Shown here one piece after another: positions 54,090 through 64,000 of a stretch of DNA of 64,000 nt (the stretch's first letter is position 1; each line of letters begins with the position of its first letter). The translations under genes were made by a program, and so were the position numbers. The notes under the pieces are model-generated. The model did no database searches and was not told the DNA's origin. It saw only the letters and a program-made list of their open reading frames with translations. Source of the stretch: Octopus bimaculoides (Eukaryota). Location of the stretch: assembly GCF_001194135.2 (NCBI RefSeq), contig NC_068984.1, positions 28,795,793 to 28,859,792 of the forward strand, written 5' to 3'.

Positions 54090-54960
54090 CCCCATCATCG
54101 CAAATACTGTGTGAAACTAAAGAGAAAAGAAATAGACAAAGTAAAATCCCAACAATGGCTGAGAAGCTCAGGACTCAAAGCAGAGACTGAAGGATTTTTA
54201 ATTGCAGCATGAGATCAAAACCTTACCACCAGAAATTACCAAAAACATGTACTGAAAAGAAATATGAGTAACTGCAGAATATGTGCAGACGGAGAAGAAA
54301 CAGTAAATCACATTGTCTCTAGCTGCCTAGTCCTGGCTAAGAAGGGATATATTCACAGACATGACATAGTTGGGACCCATATACGTGGGAAGGTATGCCA
54401 ACACTATGGAAAAAACCACAGAAAAACGATGGTAAAGGCACATGCCAGAAAAAGTCACAGAAAATGAGAAAGCAACCATACTCTGGGATATGCCAATACA
54501 CATAGATAGAGAAATTAAGGCTAATATGCTAGACATAGTTATCAGAGATCATCAAGCAAAAAAAAAAATGTTTTCTAATCGAAGTATCAATACCAACAGA
54601 TGACAATGTTTCTCTAAAAGAAATGGGCAAACTTTCAAAATACAAAGATCTGGAAATAGAGGTAACTTGAATGTCGAGTCTAAAAAACATAAACAATTCT
54701 TATCATAGTAGGTGCATTAGGTATGATAAAAAAATATATTCAAATACATAGTAAAAACACCAGGATTAACGAGTATACATGACATACAGAAAATAGCACT
54801 ACTAGGCACTGCACACATCCTACATAACACACTTTCAATACAGTAAAAATAAGAGCATTACAACAAACCACAGCACATACCCATGTCACACAGAGCTGCG
54901 CTCAATAGTGCAGTGAAAGCACACAATAAAAATAAGAATACTGAATGATAATAATAATAA
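54090..54960 (+). mobile_element. 5'-truncated R4/Dong-like RLE non-LTR retrotransposon (zinc knuckle + restriction-like endonuclease), pseudogenised
   Basis: QQWLRSSGLKAETEGFLIAA*DQ...CRICADGEETVNHIVSSC (CCHC), RHD, ILWDMPIH..REIKANMLDIV (RPD-like), LIEVSIP, KLSKYKDLEIE, IVGALG, QKIALLGTAHIL; 3' UTR ends in (TAA)n at about 54946-54960. Confidence 0.9.
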
Positions 54961-55775
54961 ACAGCTAAATACAGTAGATGCAAGAATCAATATATATGAA
55001 ATAGGGACAATCTCTGTTAAAAGGAAATGTTACTAGCCTTCATTTATGTCCTGAACCTATTGAAAGGATGGCAAGTTTTTATTATCTATTTTAATAGTAT
55101 ATAAACAGTTACAGATCAAAGGAAGCATAGTTATTTCACAGGTTCTTTTACGGTAAAACAAATATTTTCATACAGCTAAATCAGTATGTTGCATGGCAGT
55201 ACATGTCATGATATTCCTTTCTAAACAAATATTTGGAATCATCTAATTGACTATTCATTTGTTTTCATCTGGGGATTTATTTAAGGTTACTGCTTCAGCT
55301 AAGTGTTGTTCATGAAGGGCATAACAAGAATAAAAAGAAGCCATACACCAATTACAATATCATGCCCTAATACACTTTCACACTCAAGGGACAGATTTCC
55401 TAAGTAAATATAAGAAAAGGATATTAAATGAAAAAGAACAAGACATTACAAATATTCTATGAAGAGGGAAAATAAAACATCAATCCAAGAAGGAATATTT
55501 CCCCAAATATATTTTATATTTAGAAAGTATTTGTGTGTTATTTTTTCAATGCATATTTTTACTGATACAGAAGAAAATAATTCATCCATTTTATAAGAAT
55601 AATAGATATAGATATAAATTTCTTTTCCAAACGTAATATAGTTGTATTGCCTAAAAACATGTCAGACCATTTGTGTTAACCACATACAACCTTTGCAGAT
55701 TATATTAAATCTTCTAAATTTACAGCAAGGTTGAAGCGTAACACTTCAAATCTCAATCATTTATTAAATAGTTTT

Positions 55776-55831
55776 CTTTAAACAAGGTTAGTGCTAAGAT
55801 CAGCTTTAAACAAGGTTACAGCTAAGATCAG
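55776..55831. repeat. 28-bp tandem duplication
   Basis: CTTTAAACAAGGTTAGTGCTAAGATCAG / CTTTAAACAAGGTTACAGCTAAGATCAG. Confidence 0.9.
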
Positions 55832-56096
55832 CCACTCCTTTCTTCACCTGATGGATTGTCACTAAAATATCACAGCTTCACTGTGATCTTATCAGAAATA
55901 AAAGCAGAGAAAGTGTGTTGAAATGCTTTTGTATAATAAATTATGCAATAAGTGCTATTATACATGACACTATTTTTATATTTTGTTGACAGTCTCAGAA
56001 TGAAAAATAAAATGGAAAAAACCCCCCAGAACTTATGTGATTCCAGATCATTTTTATAAGCATTTCTCACAAAAGCTAAGATCATTTTCCTTTTAG

Positions 56097-56119
56097 ATCT
56101 GACATTCGCGATGTAAAAG
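56097..56119 (+). CDS. Candidate 23-nt microexon (SDIRDVK)
   Basis: Acceptor ATCATTTTCCTTTTAG, donor AAG|GTAAGC, two CpGs, one open frame. Confidence 0.2.
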
Positions 56120-56555
56120 GTAAGCTATATTAACTTTGAATCTGAAACTGAAAGAAACATTTCAAAATGTTCAATACAAAAATAGAATATCGATTTCTTA
56201 CATTACCACAAAGGTATGAGAAGAGTATATTTATTTCACTCAACTTCATGATATTATTGGCACTTATATGATTCATCCAAGAAAGATAAAATTCAAAGCT
56301 GATCCAGCCATATTTGATCACAGGTTTAATGTAAGGTGAAGGTAAAATTTTTCAAGGCATTCTATCCACATAACACCTTTACTTTTGACAAGTCATTACT
56401 CTAAGTAAAATAGAAAATTAAAGATACGCACGTTTTGTTTTTAGCACTAAAATATGTCTATTCAGAAAGTTGCCATTTATCACAAATCATTTGTATATAT
56501 ATCTTTGTGATAATATATATTTAAGTGAGATACAAACATTATCCATGTCATTTAG

Positions 56556-56614
<59 letters not shown>

Positions 56615-56660
56615 TAGAAGAAGAAGAAGAAGAAGAAGAAGAAGAAGAAGAAAAAGAAGA
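56556..56660. repeat. Compound (AAT)n(AAG)n microsatellite forming a SINE tail
   Basis: Direct reading; abuts the 3' end of the minus-strand SINE. Confidence 0.95.
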
Positions 56661-56872
56661 ATCCTTACTATAGGTACAAGGCCTGGATTTTAGGGAAGGG
56701 GAGCAAGTCAATTACATCGACCCCAGTGCTTAAAAGGTAGTTATTTTACTGACCCCAAAAGGATGAAAGGCAAAGTTGGCTACAACGAAATTTGAATGTA
56801 AAACATGAAGATAGACAAAAGACACAGCTAAGCATTATGTCTGACATACCAACAATTCTGCCAACTCACTGA
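56661..56872 (-). mobile_element. Meta-like tRNA SINE copy
   Basis: CAAGGCCTGGATTTTAGGGAAGGG...ATCGACCCCAGTGC...CCCCAAAAGGATGAAAGGCAAAGTTGGC...CTAAGCATT...AACAATTCTGCCAACTCAC is the reverse complement of 28540-28765. Confidence 0.8.
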
Positions 56873-56873
56873 C

Positions 56874-56906
<33 letters not shown>

Positions 56907-56964
56907 TTTCCAAGTAGCAATTCAAATTTTCTCATCAATACATACATATATGCGTGTGTGTGTG

Positions 56965-57013
<49 letters not shown>

Positions 57014-57059
57014 GATGGACTCTCCCATTAAAGATGATGTATGAACATTCAGCTTTTTA

Positions 57060-57285
57060 CAAACAATCTGCACAAATGATTTGTTTATAGGCTCACTCTC
57101 TCCATCAAATTGACCTTCTCTGAACAGGTGCATGGTGTACCACACATCAGGTGCCAAAGTGATCGCAGAGCAATGTCAGATGAAGTGTTTTGCTCAAGAA
57201 CACAATGTGCCACCTGGTCTAGGAATTGAAATCACAATTGCTAGATCATGAGTGCAACTCCCTAACCACTAAGTCATGCACCTCA
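57060..57285 (-). mobile_element. tRNA-headed SINE (third family)
   Basis: Minus strand GAGGTGCATGACTTAGTGGTTAGGGAGTTGCACTCATGATC...GTGATTTCAATTCC (A/B-box-like), then TGTGTTCTTGAGCAAAACACTTCAT. Confidence 0.65.
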
Positions 57286-57892
57286 CTATATATATATATA
57301 TATATACTGTACAGAGACCTGCAAGAGTATTTTGATTACTAGCTTAAAGAAACTAGTCCTGTATCAAAAAGCTTAAAATCTTAATTCAATAAATATAGGT
57401 CAATATAACAAGTATTAGACTGAAAAATGCTTTGGGGTCTAGATGATCATAGTCTAATGAGTGAAACTTGTAAAATATATGTACTGCATTCTTCATCAGT
57501 CTCAACAATCAGCATCGTGTTGTTCAACCAACCAAATTTCTACTCATGAATTTAATATGGAAGTGACTGAGAAATCCACTGAAATGTGTAAATTTCATAC
57601 AGTTCTTAGACTGAGTGAGTGTGGCACAAAGTGTCAAAGCTGAACCATCTAGTTACTTGTAGACTGCACAGGAAAAAAAATAAAGAGGAAAAAGGTGAAG
57701 GACTGATGTAACATGGCCTCAATGAAGTTGTGGTCAATGTTAAAAAAATGCCAAGAGACAGAACAATTGTCACAGAGTATATCTCTTCAGTACATACACT
57801 CATAATGAAAACAACCAACAAATTATCTCATTCTTTACATACATTTTCGTAACACCTTAGTGGTAGCAATTGCTTGTTTAGTTATGTAAAGA

Positions 57893-57940
57893 TATTGAAA
57901 ACTGCCAATAAGTAATTATTGAAAACTGCCAATAAGTAAT
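57893..57940. repeat. Perfect 24-bp tandem duplication (TATTGAAAACTGCCAATAAGTAAT x2)
   Basis: Direct reading. Confidence 0.95.
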
Positions 57941-58214
57941 TACTCGGACTATGACAACCTAACCAACCTACACTCACAAATGTAAAAAATGATAAATGAA
58001 ATAATTAAATCAATTGTTACTTAATAACTGTGTGTGTATGTGTGTGTGTGTGTGTGTGTGCGCGCACATGCACGCATCATGCTTCCTTATAGTGAGCATC
58101 AACCAAAGTCAGCTCCCTGCAGTGGGACTGAACCTGAAACCATATGGTTGGGAAGCAAACTTAATAATATACCATATATAATTTTAAAGGAACGATTTTT
58201 AAAAAAAAATTTGG

Positions 58215-58325
58215 TACAAAGTTAGCAATTTTGAGGGGTGGGAGCAAGTCAATTACATCGACCCAGTACATAACTGGTACTTATTTTATAGGCTCTGAAA
58301 GGATGAAAGAAAAAGTCAACCTCAG
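58215..58325 (-). mobile_element. Partial Meta-like SINE copy
   Basis: GGAGCAAGTCAATTACATCGACCCAGTAC..AACTGGTACTTATTTTA...GAAAGGATGAAAG..AAAGTCAACCTC. Confidence 0.7.
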
Positions 58326-61300
58326 GGAAATACTTCTAATTCATTATGATCTGAGTCCAAAGCATTCTTTCTGACACCAACAATTCTTCCAGATTGCAAC
58401 TTTAAGGAACTAATTGTAGTTAACAGGAGTTTTTTCATGTTCCAGATTGTGGCTCATCTAACAAGGAAGCCACTATTTCTGAGCGCTTTCCTATTATCAG
58501 ACATAGTATGAATAACAACAACTATTAAATATCCAATTAAAAATTACATATGTTACTTAGTATAGTTGTCCTTCCATATGCCATTTCTTATTCCTTTTTA
58601 GAAGAGATATGACAAGTATATTTTATATTTCTCTCCAGAGTATCATTCACTTTGCTTTTCTCTTTTTTACCAAATCCTATATTTCTAAAAACAAAAATAA
58701 ATATAAAATTGAAGTTCTGAATGACTGACTTAGCAACAAGAAGGCACATACACATGCAGAGCATTACTTTCCTCCAATGAACATTCAGCTGAAAGTAATC
58801 AAATATGAATAAGTTTTATTGATTTTCAAGTTATTTTCCTTCCATTGTCAAGTTAAATTCAAATCACTGTTCTGTTGAGCATCTCTACAGCTATGGAGGT
58901 AACTGGCACTTTATATATTAGTTTTTAATTCCACAAGCTCAAATCTATTGTTGAATGGAAATAATAAAAGAAAATATTTTGTGCATGCGCATACACACAC
59001 TCTCGCTGACACATATGCACATATCTACACACACATACACACACATACATGTGTGTGTGTGTGCGTGTGTGCGTGTATGCACGTGTGTGTGTGTTGAGAC
59101 ATTTCAATTTTAGTAATAATATCCAAAAGCAATTATCTTTAAGCAGACAGTTTTCAGCAGTTTCCATCTCTTGCATAGAAGCTACAAACTTATGTTTTCA
59201 TTTTCATTGATATCTTAATAAAGTATGCATACATTTATACATGTATGAAATAAACATATCCTACTAGCCAATATTGTTGGTTAAAATAATACTACTTTTG
59301 TTCTGCTAATACATAAGGCATCTGATATTTTTTAACTCATAAAGGATGAATCCTATCCTTGCGTACACACATGCTATATGTATATATATATATGAATATA
59401 TGTATATATATGTATATATGTATATATGTATATATGTATATATATGTATATATATATATGAAAGTAGCCGAGTATCTGCTGCTACAGAAATCATTTTCTT
59501 CTTTGTCCCTCACTTTTTTTTTTTCTTTTTTCACCGCTATCACTCCACACAATATTTTAGAAAAGAAATCTTCTGAAAAGATAATCACTGCCAGGATAAT
59601 ATAATACTGAAAAAAAAAAAAACACAATTTAGTATAAATCTATCTATAGAGAAAATATGAGAGATGAATATTATTTGGATAAAAATACAAATAACAAACA
59701 TTGATACCAAATGATGAAGAAAATTTTCTGAAATTATTCTCCACAAGTATCAATTCTACAAAACTGTTCATAATTCCACAAAACATTGCATAATATAGTT
59801 TACAAAGTGAAATCAAGAAAATAAGATCATCTTCGTAGCATAATTGCTATATTTTTTTTTATCCATATAGTTGGTTTTTAGCATAATAAGTAAAAGTTCC
59901 TTTAATGTTTCTGAGTAATTTAGTAAAAAGAAAGTAATTCTAAAATATTAGCAAGCTTATTTCAATATGACAGTCTTAAATTAAGTTTCCAGATTTATGA
60001 TAGGCAAATGTTAATCAATTTCTCAGTCTTGACATTAGGTTTAAGTCTTGAATGAAAATGTGATAATACAATTTGAATTATTTTTGTTCTAAGCATTGTA
60101 AAACTAAGTGCAAGTACAATATATCTTTACATATAATACTTGCACTTACTTTTTACATTCTAATATTGCACATGGCTTTAAAATAATCAGGATATAATAC
60201 TCTTGTACATTGACATGCAAATCTATCATCAAAACTGCCCATCTATGAACACTATCCATCATATATCTCTTCAATCAGCAGTTCTTTTCTGAAGCTAGCA
60301 CTACCAAAGAATTCTCTGACAAACATCCTATATATTCTGGCGAGCTCCAAGATTTGGTTCTCTCTGTAACACTCTTTTGTTTTATGGAAATATGACTTAA
60401 TGCCAACAATGTCCACTCTTAAGTAGATAATGCCGTATTTAAAACATCACTAATTTTCAACACCTAAGCATCACCCATGTACAATATAGACACACCAAAT
60501 CTACACCAATTTCATGGATAGTGACCTCAGAAACATCCTCCATTTAAGTATACTAGGCTTATATGCTTTAACAGTAGTAAAAAAGAAAAAAACACAAGTA
60601 CCACACATTTGAAGAAAACTTCACAGCACTTCCCCCTCCTGAAATATGATCAACATGCTAATTAAGCCATCATAATTGCTCCAAATGTTAGGGCCTCACA
60701 ATCACCAAGAATCTCATCTGAGGAATAAACATTTTTAACAGAGTAAATACCTGAGTCTCAACGACTAGCCTTTTCCTTGAGAGCCCCCAAAATACTCCAG
60801 CCTTTATTAACTACTGACTATTTATAGAAAGCTCAATCGAGACACACAACTAAGAGCTGATACCACATCTGGAAGAGTGTGGCACCTATACACAAGGACA
60901 ACCTCGACTGTATCCAAACTGGTTAGCATAAATTCACTCAGACATCTTAGACATGTTGTCACCTCTCTCTCTCTCTCTTTGTCTGGCTTTTGTACCACTT
61001 CTACAAAGGCCTCTGCTCCTCAGAACAAGTTGGTTTCATGGCGTTTTCACTCAGTACTTTGACTCACTTATCCTCTGTTGAGTTTAAATTCCTTTCCAAG
61101 ATATCAATCTCCAAGAATTTCCTTTCTTTGCACATGTTTTTCTGCAGTCATCAACTTGCAACACTTTAAGTGGAACATCCACAGCATCAATCTCACTGGT
61201 GCAAATGCCATGGGTACTACACTTTCCTACATCTCTAGCCAGTAACAAAAACAAAAGAAACATAAAAACCTCCAAAACTATTACCAGAACGACCACTAAC

Positions 61301-61342
61301 AACAATCACAGCAACAACAAGCCAATGAGTGCGACTTTAGGG

Positions 61343-62921
61343 CAGGGGTGTCAAACATACGGCTCACAGACCAGAACCAGCCTACAAGATGACTTTGAAA
61401 AGTGCAAAAATTATATTATGTATTTACTTATTTGTCATTGTGAATGTTGACTGTTTGAGTATGACTGATGATAGAGTCGATGATTCAAGTTCTAATAGAA
61501 AAACTCCCTTCAATTATTTAAAGATTTGTTTAAATATTGTATTGAAATAAAATATTTTTTAAAAAATTAATTCAATGACTAACAATGTTTTCATTTTTTA
61601 GGTCAACATTTCGCTCTGTTTTACCTTACCCAAAATGTCTTTGTTAAAAAGGAGACAAGTGAATACAGTGTAGATTATTTCAAGAAAAGTGCTCTATTTC
61701 CTATTTATTCATGGAGGTGAGGGGAAACCTATGTGTTAGGTGTTTTCGCAGCAGGGTTCTGCGCTCAAGGAATATAACATTCGGTGCCACTATGAGACTC
61801 ATCATGCCAACACATACAATAACTTGCAAGGACAAATGAGAAGAGAGAAGGTAAATAAATTTATTTAGCAGATCTGAAGAAACAACAGTCTGCTTTAACC
61901 CAAAGTCGAGATATAAGTCAGGCAGCAGTAAAAGCTAGCTAGCTTGTTACTAGAGAAACAGCATTAGCATTAAAACTGTACTGTGAGGGTGAGTTCGTGA
62001 AAACATACATAATGAAGGTTGCAGAAATTGTATAAGTGACAGACTTTTGCCAACATTAGCCTGATGATAGGATTTCGGGTCTTTCTGCAGATTTGGATAG
62101 GCAAGTCATTTATTGCATTTTCAGTTGCAATTAATGAGAGCATGAACAGTAGAAATGTTGTGCAACAGGCCATATTCATTCATGGAGTAGACGATATTTT
62201 GACCATCACCAAGGAGTTCTTGGAGTTGGTTCCTATGATGGACATCACAATAGCAAATGATATTTTCATCTTTCTCATTGGAGTGCTGGACAGGGTCAGA
62301 GTGGACTGGGCCTGTGCCGTCAGTGTGGCTACAGATGGTGCTCCATCAATGATTGAGAAAAAAGCAGGTGTTGTGATGCAGTTGAAAGAGAGAGTAAAGA
62401 CTGTAAATGGAGGATGCAATTTTTGGATATTCCACTGTGTTTTGCACCACAAAGCATTGTGTTGCAAGCTGTTCAAAATGGACCACGTCATGGAAGTTTT
62501 TGTCTGAACTGTTAATTTCATTCAAAGTAGAGGTCTGAATCACTGACAGTTTGACCATCTTCTCAATGATATAGGCTGCTACTCAGGATTTGACGCCTGA
62601 TATTGATGTGCTTGTGAAGGAGAACAGATGCCAAGTTTCAGGAAGATATTGAAAATAAATGATAAAAAATAAAAGTGTTTTTTAAATGATTTTCAAAGTG
62701 TTTTTTTTTTTAGCTTATAAATTGTATACATTTACAAGACAGTGTGATAACTCGGTCTTCTTTAACAGTTCCCACTTTCACTTGTTCAAAGTTTTGCAAA
62801 AAAGAATTGTTCATTTTCAGAATGTACTTTTTTTACACTAAAACAAAAGGAAAATTTTGAAATTGCTACTTATAGGTTCTTATGCCATGATTTTACTGAT
62901 CTGCCCCGCTTGACAACTCAG
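61343..62921 (+). mobile_element. hAT DNA transposon, Buster/Charlie group (GTF2IRD2-like transposase), internally deleted
   Basis: Perfect 8-bp TSD CTTTAGGG at 61335-61342 and 62922-62929. TIRs CAGGGGTGTCAAAC / GCTTGACAACTCAG match at 10 of 14 positions. Transposase relic reads KEYNIRCHYET H, FANISL, FSVAINES, AIFIHGVD, VSVATDGAPSM, FHCVLHHKALC, VNFIQSRGLNH, then jumps to the C-terminal LTPDIDVLV..RCQ. Confidence 0.93.
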
Positions 62922-63423
62922 CTTTAGGGTGTCACTCATCTTGCTGGAAACACTAAATAATCCTCAGATCACACCCTTCTGATTCAAACCGGGGAAGCCA
63001 TTTAGATAATGTAGTTTGTCTGGGACACAAACTACATAAAATAATGTTTGGAATGGTCACAGCTGGAGTGCCACTGATCATAACTCCACACAATCACAGT
63101 TGATCCGTGGGTAAATAAAACAAGACCAATGTTATAAATATTCAAGTGCAATACAATATTTATATTACTCTTGGCATAAAATATTTAACTCTTCAATGTA
63201 AACTATTTTAGTTTTAGGTAGCAATTAAAAGTATTGAGTATGAAGCTCAATTGTTATTTGACAACATTCCTTTTTAAAATGTTAACTAAATGTGATGGCT
63301 ATATAAATCTTCCTTGGTAGAATTAAAAGTGAAAAGTCAGTAAGATATTTCATACATTTGTCATAAGAGCAGTCAATACAATGAAGATATTTTTTCCATC
63401 CGTCACTTTTTCTTAAGTGACAG

Positions 63424-63555
63424 GTTTGTTCTTACTCTGAAACCTATGAAAATCCTCCTGTTTATGACATCAAGAAAGTTGGCTTTCTCAGTATCATAAA
63501 TGGGATCATTTCCATTGGTTTTAAGAGTAAGAACTATTCTGTTATTGAACCCAAA
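63424..63555 (+). CDS. Candidate 132-nt phase 0-0 exon (VCSYSETYENPPVYDIKKVGFLSIINGIISIGFKSKNYSVIEPK)
   Basis: Pyrimidine tract then TGACAG acceptor with an in-frame stop immediately 5' of it; donor AAA|GTACGT; only one frame open across the interval. Confidence 0.35.
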
Positions 63556-64000
63556 GTACGTACATTATTACTGACTACACTCATACTATATTATACTTTA
63601 CTTGGTTCAAACTTCATCAACATAACAACAAAATTAAAAGCGGTTAATGAGAAACTGTACATGTAAACCATTCTAATTAAATTCTATCACAGATATGATA
63701 ATTAAAACTAGATAAATGCCAACCAAATATGATTATACTTACAAGTAATTACTAGCATAATTAATTCAATCATATCTGAATAACCAACATGTATGCATCT
63801 TTTAAAGTGTTGCATAGACGAAATTACAGAGAAGTGGTAAGATATTTAAAAGAAAATGTAATGAATTCCAAAGATAAGTGATGCTACTTATGAAGTAGTT
63901 GTTTGACCTGCTAGAATTAGTAACTGAATTACCTTTAAATCACAATCTACCATTTATAAAGAAATCTGCTAAGACCCCATAAATTACAATAAGAAGAGAG

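Noticed and set aside
56487-56711. Poly-Ser/poly-Tyr ORF
   Set aside because: Translation of the (AAT)n(AAG)n microsatellite.
57440-57830. Possible piggyBac C-terminal Cys-rich relic
   Set aside because: Too many stops and only loose Cys spacing.
1-64000. CRISPR array, rRNA or true tRNA genes
   Set aside because: No regularly spaced repeats with unique spacers; tRNA-like boxes occur only as SINE heads; no rRNA-like sequence was seen.

Overview
AT-rich (roughly one-third GC by eye) eukaryotic genomic DNA that reads as intron or intergenic sequence dominated by decayed transposable elements and microsatellites, with two N gaps. The interspersed repeat families (tRNA-headed SINEs, an RTE-type LINE with a (GAT)n tail, TTAA-flanked MITEs, a Penelope-like end) resemble those I know from Octopus, so the species assignment is an inference. 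I found no complete or nameable host gene, no rRNA or tRNA gene and no CRISPR array. Most ORFs in the track are microsatellite or low-complexity artefacts, or TE relics. The best-supported features are: a Buster/Charlie-type hAT element with a perfect 8-bp TSD (61343-62921), a fold-back mariner built from two 5' ends (4861-5744), a near full-length decayed mariner (7008-8164), RTE LINE fragments, two copies of an R4/Dong-like RLE retrotransposon, and a piggyBac relic. A Penelope-associated minimal hammerhead-ribozyme motif at 38154-38199 carries a core substitution. Several splice-bounded open frames are listed as unproven exon candidates; at this base composition some are expected by chance.
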